A stretch of 64,000 bases of DNA from Clostridia bacterium (GCA_041670385.1 JBAXZI010000002.1:5498-69497); one strand, 5' to 3'. Shown: positions 17,189 through 26,650, counted from the first letter of the stretch. Notes: generated by a model from the letters alone, not told the origin. Numbers and translations: made by a program.

Positions 17189-18631
17189 ATGTTAAAAATA
17201 TTTTCAATTGTAGGACTAATAATTTATTTTGCAGTGTTATTATTTTCTGTTACTAAAGAAAAGAAAAATAACAATGTTGAAGATTATTTTTTTGGTGGGC
17301 GTAAACTGCCATTCTGGGCATTGTCAATTACATTTATTGCCTCTTGGTGGGGTGCTGGTTCTGCTCTTTCCACTGCGGATTTGGCTTATAATGACGGGAT
17401 AGGTGCATTTTGGTATTATGGTGTGCCGGTACTTATAAGCACATTTTTAATGATTATTTTTTCTAAACCAATAAGGCGTGTCGGGTATCTTACTCAAGGC
17501 GAAATGATGAAGCAAAGATATAATAAAAGTGCGTCCAAAATATTGTCGGTTATGGTACTAGTATTTATGACAATAACGGCTGCTTCGCAAATGGTCGGGA
17601 TAGGAATGTTTTTTGGGACATATTTAGGTCTTAGCTACGAGTGGGCAATAATTATAGGGACAGGGATTGTCTTTATTTATTCTGTATTTGGTGGGTTTCG
17701 TGGTGTTGTAGTTACGGACATAATACAATTTGTTTTGCTTTTGGCTGCAGCAATTGCTGTTATGGTGGTAGCTATGAATAAAGCGGGTGGGTTTGATAAT
17801 ATCCAACTTACTGCTTTAGCAAAGGGGAAAGTTGATTTTATGAATTTTGGTTCGGGTGCATCAAAATATATTATGTATGTAATTACTTTTGGTTGTGCTT
17901 GGATGATTCAAGCCAATGTTTGGCAAAGAATATCAGCGACTAGTAGTGAAAAGAATGCTCGCAAAATGACGGTACTTAGTTTTATTGTTTACATTCCTTT
18001 ATACCTAATTGTTGTTTTTACCGGAATGGCTGGAATTGTGCTTTTTGAAACAATTCCAGATGGTGGTGTGGTTACTGCAATTGTATTAAATTATATGTCG
18101 CCAATTGTCGGGGCGATGGTATTTATAGGAATTTCAGCTGCAATAATGTCTACAATGGATTCACTCATAAATACGGGTGCAATGACAATAGCAATGGATT
18201 TATGGAAAGAGAAAGCAAGTGAAAAGTCTAGACTTAAAGTTGCTAAACTTAGTTCTGTTGGGGTTAGTATAGTTGCACTAATTATAGCACTAGCTATAAG
18301 GTCTATTCTCACTATTTCTTGGATGGCATCTGATGTAATTACTACAGGTGTATTTGTACCGCTTATTGGTGGGTTTATATGGAAAAGAGGTAATTCTAAA
18401 GGTGCTGTAGCCTCAATGATTTGGGGACTTATCTACTGTTTGTATAACCTAATCCTATACTTTGGGGTACCAATACCGCATTTTTGGAAATTGCAATCAG
18501 TAACTCAAGTCTTATTTGGCGTTGGTATGTCATTAGTTCTATATGTGGTAGTTAGCTTAATTACTAAGTCGGATAAAGAGAAAGGAAATGATTTTGTAAA
18601 TCTTACGCGTAAGAAATTAGAATCAAATTAA
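17189..18631 (+). CDS. sodium:solute symporter (SSS) family transporter
   Basis: 480 aa with about 13 TM segments. N-terminal FFGGRKLPFWALSITFIASWWGAGS is typical of the SSF family. Confidence 0.85.
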   Translation: MLKIFSIVGLIIYFAVLLFSVTKEKKNNNVEDYFFGGRKLPFWALSITFIASWWGAGSALSTADLAYNDGIGAFWYYGVPVLISTFLMIIFSKPIRRVGYLTQGEMMKQRYNKSASKILSVMVLVFMTITAASQMVGIGMFFGTYLGLSYEWAIIIGTGIVFIYSVFGGFRGVVVTDIIQFVLLLAAAIAVMVVAMNKAGGFDNIQLTALAKGKVDFMNFGSGASKYIMYVITFGCAWMIQANVWQRISATSSEKNARKMTVLSFIVYIPLYLIVVFTGMAGIVLFETIPDGGVVTAIVLNYMSPIVGAMVFIGISAAIMSTMDSLINTGAMTIAMDLWKEKASEKSRLKVAKLSSVGVSIVALIIALAIRSILTISWMASDVITTGVFVPLIGGFIWKRGNSKGAVASMIWGLIYCLYNLILYFGVPIPHFWKLQSVTQVLFGVGMSLVLYVVVSLITKSDKEKGNDFVNLTRKKLESN

Positions 18632-18662
18632 TAAATGAAATCACTAAAAATTTGTTATAAAA

Positions 18663-18694
18663 AAAGCGGTATTGATATTTATCAAAACCGCTTT
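18663..18694. terminator. bidirectional terminator between convergent genes
   Basis: AAAGCGGTATTGAT ... ATCAAAACCGCTTT, a 14-bp stem with one mismatch. Confidence 0.6.
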
Positions 18695-18700
18695 ATATAT

Positions 18701-20602
18701 TTATTGGTTGTCGTAATGTTCTTTGAAAGTACCATCTCGATATAACTCTAGAAGTTTGTATAAGTCCTTAATTGTATTACGTAATTCTACGCCCTCATCA
18801 ATATCGGATACACGCATACGATTTTTTCTTCTTGCTACTACATATTTTTCTGTAAGCACTTCTTTGTCGGATTCTACTACAGACTTTACGCCTAAGAAAG
18901 GTGCGTGTGCAGCAAGGCTTAGCCCATAAGAATGATAAGTTAGGGTATAACCTGCTATTCCAGTTAATTTTTGATAAGGTTTGGACATACCGCCATCAAT
19001 TACAATCATCTTGCCATTTGCTTTAATTGGCGATTCCCCTTTTGTTTGTTTTACGGGCACGTGACCATTTATTATATGACCATCATCGGCATTAAGTCCA
19101 AATTCTTCTAGTATTTCACGACATTTATCTTCATTTTCTTGATAACTGAAATAATATTGTTTGGTTTCTAAATGTGTAGAAGGGTCAGTGACATATTGTC
19201 TTTCAAAGGTTGCCATTTTATCTTTACCGAAAATAGGTGATTTATTCCCACACCATAATTGCCAGATAAAAGCAATGTCTTCATCTCTATGCAATTTATA
19301 AGCACGGCGAATAACAACTTCGCAATAATCTAAATAATTTTTACCTTTATATTTTTTACCATAAAATTTTTCTTCCATAAATTCGCCATTCTCTTTAAGA
19401 GGAATACAACCGTGAAATAGTAAATTACCATTGTAACAAAGATACAAACTACCTTTGTTCATAAGAAAATCAATATGTTTTTGCAATCTTTCGCTAGTAA
19501 CAAAAGAATGGATTAAAGAATTAATCGCATCTTTTTCTTCATCTACAAGATTTAATACATCTATTGGATTTATAGTTGGAAAGTCAGTATCTCGCAATGG
19601 AAAACCAGACCAAGTGCCATTCTCAAAATCAATTTTGTCAAGTATAGTTTGGTTGTACATTCCAAATTCCGGATATTTTATACGCATACTATCTTCAACC
19701 TTGAAACGCATAGCAAGGGTTGCTTTTAGTAATCTAGCACAAGTTTTGTCATTGTAGGGGTTTTTAAAGTTAGTAAATTCAACATGCTTATAATATTTAT
19801 TTACTAAATTATAAAGAGGAATCAAATTAATTCCATAACCATCAGAAAGTAGTGCTAAGTTGCCATACTTAAAGCAGTCACATAAAATAGTAAGTATACA
19901 GCCAGCATTGCCAAGTGCTGCACCTATCCAAAGCACATCGTGATTGCCCCATTGTATATCAAGGGAACGATAGGTATGTAAATAATCTAAAATAATATCA
20001 GCTCTAGGGCCTCTATCGAAAATATCACCTACTATATGTAAATGGTCGACAGCAAGCGTTTGAATAAGATTACACATTTCAATAATAAAATCATCGGCAT
20101 AGTCAAGTCCAACTATAGTTTCGATAATATTATTATAATATAAGTCTTTATTAATACTACTACCATCACAATTAAGAAGTTCGTCCATAATGTAAGAGTA
20201 ATGTGAAGGCATAAGTTTTCTTACTTTACTACGGGTATATTTACCGGCAACGCATTTGCATACCCTAACTAGTCTATACAAAATAATTTTATGCCATTCT
20301 TTGCCCTCATTAAGAAATTCTAATTTTTCACGCGGGTAATAAATTAAACTAGCCAAACTAGCCCTTTCGCCCTCAGTAAGTTCGGGTCCAAATTCTTCAT
20401 CAATTTTTCTTCTAATTACGCCAGAAGCAGTTTTTAATATATGTAAAAACATTTCATACTCACCGTGAATATCGCTTACAAAGTGCTCAGTGCCTTTTGG
20501 TAAATTCAAAATAGCCTGTAAATTAACTATTTCTGATGATATAAGTTTGGTATTTTTATATCTTTTGGAGAGTTCTCGAAAATATTTTTCGCAATAATCC
20601 AT
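18701..20602 (-). CDS. fbp: fructose-1,6-bisphosphatase class 3
   Basis: 633 aa. NLQAILNLPKGTEHFVSDIHGEYEMF is near-identical in pattern to Bacillus class III Fbp. Confidence 0.95.
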   Translation of the reverse strand: MDYCEKYFRELSKRYKNTKLISSEIVNLQAILNLPKGTEHFVSDIHGEYEMFLHILKTASGVIRRKIDEEFGPELTEGERASLASLIYYPREKLEFLNEGKEWHKIILYRLVRVCKCVAGKYTRSKVRKLMPSHYSYIMDELLNCDGSSINKDLYYNNIIETIVGLDYADDFIIEMCNLIQTLAVDHLHIVGDIFDRGPRADIILDYLHTYRSLDIQWGNHDVLWIGAALGNAGCILTILCDCFKYGNLALLSDGYGINLIPLYNLVNKYYKHVEFTNFKNPYNDKTCARLLKATLAMRFKVEDSMRIKYPEFGMYNQTILDKIDFENGTWSGFPLRDTDFPTINPIDVLNLVDEEKDAINSLIHSFVTSERLQKHIDFLMNKGSLYLCYNGNLLFHGCIPLKENGEFMEEKFYGKKYKGKNYLDYCEVVIRRAYKLHRDEDIAFIWQLWCGNKSPIFGKDKMATFERQYVTDPSTHLETKQYYFSYQENEDKCREILEEFGLNADDGHIINGHVPVKQTKGESPIKANGKMIVIDGGMSKPYQKLTGIAGYTLTYHSYGLSLAAHAPFLGVKSVVESDKEVLTEKYVVARRKNRMRVSDIDEGVELRNTIKDLYKLLELYRDGTFKEHYDNQ

Positions 20603-20724
20603 ATTTATTCCTTTATGTCTTTTTTTTTATTATATCATAAAAATAAGTGTTGTCTACAAAATTTATTGTTTTAAATACAAAATTTACACAAAATTTATGA
20701 ATTAGAAAATTTTATTTATTCTAC

Positions 20725-20754
20725 TTGACAAGTATATTAGTAAATGCTAATATA
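20725..20754 (+). promoter_or_regulatory. promoter with embedded 8-6-8 inverted repeat (candidate ArsR operator)
   Basis: TTGACA (20725-20730), 17 nt, TAATAT (20748-20753). The perfect inverted repeat TATATTAG-N6-CTAATATA spans 20733-20754. Confidence 0.5.
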
Positions 20755-20785
20755 GTAATATAGTTAATTAAAAAGGAGATAAATT

Positions 20786-21085
20786 ATGAATCACCCAAAA
20801 GAAATAAAAGTTTTTACTGAGTTATTTAAGGTTTTAGGGAATGAAAAAAGGTTATGCATATTGATAAATTTATGTTTGCACGGTGAGCAAACAGTAGGCG
20901 ATTTGGCAAAGTGTGCAAATGGTGCACAGTCGTATGTTAGTCAACAACTAGGCAAATTGCGTGACCAAAAAATAGTCGCAAGCAGAAAAGAAGGTTTACA
21001 AATTTACTATAAGATAATTGATGAGAATGTTAAGGATATAATTACTAAAACTGGATTAAATAATATATGTAAAATAATTAATTAA
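20786..21085 (+). CDS. ArsR/SmtB family transcriptional regulator
   Basis: 99 aa wHTH (FKVLGNEKRLCILINLCLHGEQTVGDLAKCANGAQSYVSQQLGKLRD). Confidence 0.85.
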   Translation: MNHPKEIKVFTELFKVLGNEKRLCILINLCLHGEQTVGDLAKCANGAQSYVSQQLGKLRDQKIVASRKEGLQIYYKIIDENVKDIITKTGLNNICKIIN

Positions 21086-21129
21086 TTAATAAAAATTACA
21101 CAAAATAAATATACAAGGAGAAAGTTATT

Positions 21130-23586
21130 ATGAAAATAGTAATAATAGGTGGTGTAGCTGGCGGGGCTACTGCGGCAACAAGATTAAGAAGATTATCTGA
21201 AAATAATGAAATCATTATTATAGAAAGGGATAAGTATATTTCTTATGCAAATTGCGGTTTGCCTTATTATATTGGTGGAGTTATTAAAGAAAAGGAAAAT
21301 TTGCAAGTGCAATCTGTAGAGGTTATGCTTGACAGATATAATGTGGAATGTCGTGTACTTAATGAAGTAGTTGCAGTAGATAGAGATAAGAAAGAAATTG
21401 AGATAAAAAAACTGGAAACTAATGAAACTTATAAACTTAGCTACGACAAACTTATTATGTCTTGCGGTGCAAAACCTATTAAACCTAAGATAAAAGGGCT
21501 TGATAAGAAAACAGATGTATTTACTTTGCGTAATATTCCTGATACTTACAAAATCAAAGATTATATAAATAATAACGATGTTAAGAAAGCAGTCGTAATT
21601 GGTGGCGGATTTATTGGTGTAGAAATGGCAGAGAACCTTAGAGAATTAGGAATTTCTGTTAGTTTGGTGGAAAAATTGCCACAGGTATTACGCCCAATAG
21701 ATTTTGAAATGGCACAAATTGTTCATCAAGAACTTGCTAATAACGGAGTAGAATTATTCTTAGGCGATGGAGTAAGTGAATTTACCGAAAAAGGTATTCT
21801 ATTAGAAAGTGGTAAAGAATTATCTAGTGATTTGACTATTCTATCTATTGGAGTAGTTCCTGAAAACACTCTAGCTCTATCTAGCAATATTAAGGTAGGT
21901 AAAAGAGGTCATATAGTAACGAATGCAACATTTAATGTTTTTGATAAAGAAAGCGATAAAGTAATTGATGACATTTATGCAATTGGGGATATGATAGAAG
22001 TTATTAACCCTCTTGATGACTCACCTTATGCTGTTCCTCTTGCTTGGGGTGCTAATAGACAAGGTAGACTGGTAGCCGATAGTATTATGGGTAGAAAAAT
22101 AAGAGAAAGTAAAATTCTTGGAACAAGTGTATTAAAAGTATTTAACTTGACTGTTTCATCGACCGGTAGTAATGAAAGTACTTTAAAGATGAAAAATATT
22201 GATTATGAAGTAGTACACGCTCATCGTGCTAATCACGCTAGTTATTATCCAGGTTCTTCTACATTATCAATGAAATTATTGTTTGACAAAAAAAACGGTA
22301 AAATTTTTGGTGCACAAGCAGTGGGCAGAGAGGGTACAGAAAAAAGAATTGATGTAATTTCTACGACAATGCGGTTAGGCGGAACAATCTATGACTTGCA
22401 AGATTTAGAACTTGCTTATGCACCTGCTTATTCAGCAGCTAAAGACCCAGTAAATATATTAGGCTATATTGCAGAAAATATTGCTAATGGTGTTTATAAA
22501 GTAACAAAACCTGAAGAAATAGATGAAATTGTTAAAAATGGCGGTTTAGTGCTTGATGTAAGAAGTCCATTCGAATTTAATAATGGACATATTGAAGGGG
22601 CACAAAATATCTTTATAGATAAATTTAGACAAAAATTAGGCGAAATTAAAGTAGAAAAAGATACACCTATTTATTTGTATTGCCAAATTGGATTAAAAGC
22701 CTATTTAGTTATTAATATATTACGAGATAACGGCTATACGAATTTGTATAATATATCAGGTGGTTATTCGACTTATCGTGCTTTCAAGTATGTACCAAAA
22801 ACTTTGGTTATTGAAGATAACAAAACAGTTGTAGAAAAAACCATTGATTTAAGCAAAATAAGTGAATTAGATGTTTGCGGTTTGCAATGTCCAGGTCCAC
22901 TAATGGCAACTTATAAAAAGATAAATACTATGGCAGATGGAGAAAGAGTAAATGTAGTAGCAACCGATGGCGGTTTTGCGAATGATATAAAGAGTTGGTG
23001 CGAAACAAATGGGCACAAACTTGTAGATTTGAGTAATGAAAAAGGTAAAATAAATGCAGTGGTTGAAAAAGGGGTAAAAGCAATTAACAAAGGAGAGAAT
23101 ATGACGAATATTAATCAAGAAAATGCGACAATAGTAGTATTTAGCGGAGAATTAGATAAAGTACTTGCTTCGATGATTATTGCACAGGGTGCAGCAGCTC
23201 AAGGCAAAAAAGTAACAATGTTCTTTACTTTCTGGGGACTTAATGCACTTAGAAAACCGCATAGTCCTAAAGTTAAGAAAAACTTTATAGAAAAAATGTT
23301 CGGATTTATGATGCCTAAAGGTGCAAGTAAATTGCCTCTATCAAATATGAATATGGGCGGTATAGGTGCGAAAATGATAAAAGGCATTATGAAAAAAAAT
23401 AATGTACACGACTTGGCTACACAAATGCAAGAAGCTCAGGATATAGGCATTAAAATGATAGCTTGTACAATGAGTATGGATCTTATGGGAATTAAAAAAG
23501 AAGAACTATTAGATAATATAGAGTATGCTGGTGTAGCAACTTATATAAGCAGAAATGAAAATGTAGGAACAACTTTGTTCATATAA
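21130..23586 (+). CDS. CoA-disulfide/persulfide reductase fused to rhodanese, TusA-like and DsrE-like domains
   Basis: GGVAGG Rossmann motif and redox Cys SYANCGLPYY (CoADR/Npsr type). Rhodanese domain from about 22500 (LYCQIGLK). TusA CPxP motif CGLQCPGP at about 22870. DsrE/DsrF-like C-terminus from about 23110 (IACTMSMD). Confidence 0.9.
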   Translation: MKIVIIGGVAGGATAATRLRRLSENNEIIIIERDKYISYANCGLPYYIGGVIKEKENLQVQSVEVMLDRYNVECRVLNEVVAVDRDKKEIEIKKLETNETYKLSYDKLIMSCGAKPIKPKIKGLDKKTDVFTLRNIPDTYKIKDYINNNDVKKAVVIGGGFIGVEMAENLRELGISVSLVEKLPQVLRPIDFEMAQIVHQELANNGVELFLGDGVSEFTEKGILLESGKELSSDLTILSIGVVPENTLALSSNIKVGKRGHIVTNATFNVFDKESDKVIDDIYAIGDMIEVINPLDDSPYAVPLAWGANRQGRLVADSIMGRKIRESKILGTSVLKVFNLTVSSTGSNESTLKMKNIDYEVVHAHRANHASYYPGSSTLSMKLLFDKKNGKIFGAQAVGREGTEKRIDVISTTMRLGGTIYDLQDLELAYAPAYSAAKDPVNILGYIAENIANGVYKVTKPEEIDEIVKNGGLVLDVRSPFEFNNGHIEGAQNIFIDKFRQKLGEIKVEKDTPIYLYCQIGLKAYLVINILRDNGYTNLYNISGGYSTYRAFKYVPKTLVIEDNKTVVEKTIDLSKISELDVCGLQCPGPLMATYKKINTMADGERVNVVATDGGFANDIKSWCETNGHKLVDLSNEKGKINAVVEKGVKAINKGENMTNINQENATIVVFSGELDKVLASMIIAQGAAAQGKKVTMFFTFWGLNALRKPHSPKVKKNFIEKMFGFMMPKGASKLPLSNMNMGGIGAKMIKGIMKKNNVHDLATQMQEAQDIGIKMIACTMSMDLMGIKKEELLDNIEYAGVATYISRNENVGTTLFI

Positions 23587-23626
23587 TAATAAAATTTCAA
23601 AGTAATTATTAATAAAAATTATAATA

Positions 23627-23667
23627 AAAAGTGCCAATATCAAAACATATTTTTTGATGGCACTTTT
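23627..23667 (+). terminator. intrinsic terminator
   Basis: AAAAGTGCCAATATCAAAA ... TTTTGATGGCACTTTT, an imperfect long stem followed by a T-rich tract. Confidence 0.6.
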
Positions 23668-23690
23668 CCTTTAGAAAAACGCGTAAAAAG

Positions 23691-23708
23691 TAGTTGATAT
23701 ATCAACTA
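23691..23708. promoter_or_regulatory. perfect 18-bp palindrome, candidate MarR operator
   Basis: TAGTTGATATATCAACTA lies immediately upstream of TGTGATAAT (extended -10-like) and about 70 nt before the MATE start. Confidence 0.45.
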
Positions 23709-23779
23709 ATTTGTGATAATATGTTGAAATATAATTGAAAAAACAATTTTATAAGAATAAATAAGAGGATATATTTTTT

Positions 23780-25213
23780 ATGAAAAGAGATAAAGGAATT
23801 AAAAAGATAAAAGAAATAAAAGAAAAGTATAGCAAAATGCAAATTTTGTCTATAGTTCCTACAAAACGAGCATTGTGGAAGCTTGCTTTGCCGGCTATTA
23901 TCGGTATGATGGTAAATGCACTTTACAATATAATAGATACAATTTTTATTGGACAAGGAATAGGCTCTTTAGCAATTGGTGGTTTGTCTATAGTATTTCC
24001 ATTACAAATGGTGTTAAATTCAATAGCTATTATGATAGGTGTTGGGGCAGCATCAATAATTTCTCGTTCGCTCGGACAAGGTAATAATGAAAAAGCAAGC
24101 AATGTAGCAGCTAATGCAATGCTGTATATTATAATTTTTGGTGTTATAGCTATTATTTTCGGTATGATTTATATTAATGAGTTATTATTACTTCTTGGTG
24201 CGACGGAAGGTAACTTTGCTTATGCTTATGATTATCTAACTATAATTCTTTATGGTTGTATATTTGGTATGTTTTCAGCTGGTTGCAACAACATAATAAG
24301 GGCAGAGGGCAAAGCAATAACGGCAATGGTCTCTATGTTATTAGGGCTTGGTGTTAACATTGTGCTTGACCCAATATTTATATTTGCACTTAATTTAGGT
24401 GTGCGAGGTGCAGCTATTGCTACAATTATTTCACAACTTTTGTCTTCACTATTTGTAGTAGGTTATTTGATTTTTGGCAAGTCTATTTTCAAATTTACTT
24501 TGCGTAATTTTATTCCAAGATTAAGGATACTTGTTGATATTATTTATGTTGGTTTACCTAATTTTGTTAGACAAGCAGGAATTAGTGTATTAGCTATTGT
24601 TCTTAATAATTTATTGTTTAATTATGGTGGAGATGTAGCTATTTCGACATACGGTGTTATTAATAAACTAACTATGTTCCTAATTTTCCCTACCTTAGGC
24701 ATTATGCAAGGTATGCAACCTATTTTTGGCTATTCCTACGGTGCAAAAAACTATCATAGAAGTATTGATGTTTTGCGTTATGCGACAATTTATGGTACTC
24801 TATATATGTTTGTAGTGTGGGCATTAATTGAAATATTTGCGAAATATTCTATAATGATGTTTACTACAGATGCTGCCGTTGTCGCTATGGGCACTAAAGC
24901 AATAAGAATAGTTGTGGCGGTATTCCCAGTTGTAATTATTAATATGGTAAGTTCTACTACTTATCAATCGCTTGGGTTTGGTATTCGAGCCTTGTTTTTA
25001 GCTCTAATTCGCCAAACAATATTACTTTTACCACTTATTTTATTATTGCCTAAAGCATTAGGTATTATGGGTATATGGTGGGCATTCCCAATATCAGACT
25101 TTAGTGCATCGGTTATTAGTGGATTTATGATAGTTTATGAGTTAAAACGCTTTGCAAAATTACAAAAACAAAAAAATAAAGAGGAGCTATTATGCAAACC
25201 ACAGAATCAATAG
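23780..25213 (+). CDS. MATE family efflux transporter
   Basis: 477 aa with 12 TM segments. LWKLALPAIIGMMVNALYNIIDTIFIGQ is typical of a MATE N-terminus. The start is uncertain; an alternative ATG lies at 23837. Confidence 0.85.
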   Translation: MKRDKGIKKIKEIKEKYSKMQILSIVPTKRALWKLALPAIIGMMVNALYNIIDTIFIGQGIGSLAIGGLSIVFPLQMVLNSIAIMIGVGAASIISRSLGQGNNEKASNVAANAMLYIIIFGVIAIIFGMIYINELLLLLGATEGNFAYAYDYLTIILYGCIFGMFSAGCNNIIRAEGKAITAMVSMLLGLGVNIVLDPIFIFALNLGVRGAAIATIISQLLSSLFVVGYLIFGKSIFKFTLRNFIPRLRILVDIIYVGLPNFVRQAGISVLAIVLNNLLFNYGGDVAISTYGVINKLTMFLIFPTLGIMQGMQPIFGYSYGAKNYHRSIDVLRYATIYGTLYMFVVWALIEIFAKYSIMMFTTDAAVVAMGTKAIRIVVAVFPVVIINMVSSTTYQSLGFGIRALFLALIRQTILLLPLILLLPKALGIMGIWWAFPISDFSASVISGFMIVYELKRFAKLQKQKNKEELLCKPQNQ

Positions 25214-25632
25214 GCAAATATTTAGCACTACTTCATAGGCAATCAGCTCTTTATGTCCAAAGGGAACTAATAGAATTTGATATAAATATGAGCGAAATAA
25301 GCTATTTGAAAAATTTATGTAAAAACGATGGCATTACACAAAAGCAACTTGCAGATGAAATTTTTGTAGATAAAGCTGCGACTACCCGTACAATTAATAA
25401 TCTTGTAAGCAAAGGTTATGTAAATAAAATAAGTAATGATGACGATAAGCGTAAATATAATATTTATCTAACCGACAAAGCAAGAATAATAATTGACACA
25501 ATTAATGCAAAACTGTCTAAATGGAATAAAATATTAGAGCAAGGATTTGATATTGATAAAGTTGGTAACTTGATTGAAGTATTAAAAAAAATGAGTAAAA
25601 ACGCAATAGAATATAATAATTTTGATAAGTAA
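25192..25632 (+). CDS. MarR family transcriptional regulator
   Basis: 146 aa wHTH (ITQKQLADEIFVDKAATTRTINNLVSKGYV...DDKRKYNIYLT). Overlaps the MATE 3' end by 22 nt. GAGGAG RBS present. Confidence 0.85.
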   Translation: MQTTESIGKYLALLHRQSALYVQRELIEFDINMSEISYLKNLCKNDGITQKQLADEIFVDKAATTRTINNLVSKGYVNKISNDDDKRKYNIYLTDKARIIIDTINAKLSKWNKILEQGFDIDKVGNLIEVLKKMSKNAIEYNNFDK

Positions 25633-25691
25633 TACCAATTATAAGAGTTTATATTGCGATTTTCTGAAGGATGTAATATTCTTGTATATTA

Positions 25692-25720
25692 TTGACAATT
25701 ATATTTAAGAAGAATATAAT
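25692..25720 (+). promoter_or_regulatory. consensus sigma-A promoter of the ribU leader
   Basis: TTGACA (25692-25697), 17 nt, TATAAT (25715-25720). Confidence 0.6.
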
Positions 25721-25741
25721 ATAAACAACTAAATAAATATA

Positions 25742-25870
25742 GAACTTTGGAGAGGGGGTAATACCCCCGACCGGTGGTAATGCCGCATTTTATAGCGGAC
25801 GAGTCCAACAGCCTCAACAGCCGATGTGGTTAGATTCCACAACCGCCAGTAAAGTCTGAATGGGAGGGTT
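25742..25870 (+). ncRNA. FMN riboswitch (RFN element), translational type
   Basis: GGGGGTAATACCCCCGACCGGTGGTAA...GTGGTTAGATTCCACAACCGCCAGTAAAGTCTGAATGGGAGGGTTC parallels the B. subtilis RFN blocks CCCGACCGGCGGUA and GCCGACAGUGAAAGUCUGGAUGGGAGAAGG. The P1 3' strand AGGGTTC contains the ribU RBS. No terminator follows. Confidence 0.88.
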
Positions 25871-25877
25871 CAAAAAA

Positions 25878-26555
25878 ATGAAAAAAAGACTTTTTTCAAC
25901 GAGGAAACTTGTTTATATTGCAGTACTTTCTGCACTAGCAATTGCTATGACAATTGTAATTCCTATACCAATAGGTAACAACGGATATGTAAATATAGGT
26001 GATAGTGTCATATTTTTGGCAGCTTATATTTTAGGGCCGATAGGAGGATTAATCGTAGGTGCGATGACCTTTTTAGCGGATATTATTTTAGGCTATGCAT
26101 TTTATGCCCCAGCCACATTAATTATAAAAGGTATTGAAGGGTTAGTTTTGGGGTTAGGTTTTGTTTTGCTTAAAAAAATAAAGAATAGAGTGGTAGAAAT
26201 GGTATTAGCATTATTCGTAATAATGTTTGCCGGTTGCCTTATGATGTTAGGCTATTTCTTTGCCGATATAATTTTATTAAACAATGTAGCTGCGGCAGCT
26301 ATCGGAATAGTTCCAAACACAATACAAGCTAGTATATCTACGGGAATATCTTTTGTATTGATATATGTTATTAATATACCAAAACTTATTCCTGCTAGCA
26401 AAAATACTACTAGAAATAACGATGATAATGAATCTTTCGAAGTAATTGAAAATAAAACGGAAGATGGTACAGATATCACCAAAACAATAACAGAAGTTAA
26501 TAATGAAAATTCTAAAACTGTTATTGATGAAAATACTAAAGACATAAAACATTAA
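25878..26555 (+). CDS. ribU: riboflavin ECF transporter S component
   Basis: Polytopic ECF S-component-like protein directly behind an FMN riboswitch. Start reset to the ATG at 25878, about 10 nt after GGGAGGG. Has a polar C-terminal tail of about 45 aa. Confidence 0.8.
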   Translation: MKKRLFSTRKLVYIAVLSALAIAMTIVIPIPIGNNGYVNIGDSVIFLAAYILGPIGGLIVGAMTFLADIILGYAFYAPATLIIKGIEGLVLGLGFVLLKKIKNRVVEMVLALFVIMFAGCLMMLGYFFADIILLNNVAAAAIGIVPNTIQASISTGISFVLIYVINIPKLIPASKNTTRNNDDNESFEVIENKTEDGTDITKTITEVNNENSKTVIDENTKDIKH

Positions 26556-26597
26556 TTAATAGTATAAAATAAATTTATATTTATTTAGTTGTAATAA

Positions 26598-26632
26598 AAA
26601 AGCAGTTTTGCATTTTTGCAAAACTGCTTTTC
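26598..26632. terminator. bidirectional terminator
   Basis: GCAGTTTTGCA-tttt-TGCAAAACTGC flanked by A-runs and T-runs, between convergent genes. Confidence 0.7.
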
Positions 26633-26650
26633 TTTATTAATTTTACTTTA

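Noticed and set aside
25742-25870. I first considered a cobalamin riboswitch because of GGTGGTAATGCC and GCCAGT...AGTCTGAATGGGAGG.
   Set aside because: It lacks the GGGAA / CCCGCAACUGU / GCCACUG blocks. The whole element aligns block by block with the RFN (FMN) consensus instead, and the downstream gene is an ECF S-component typical of ribU.
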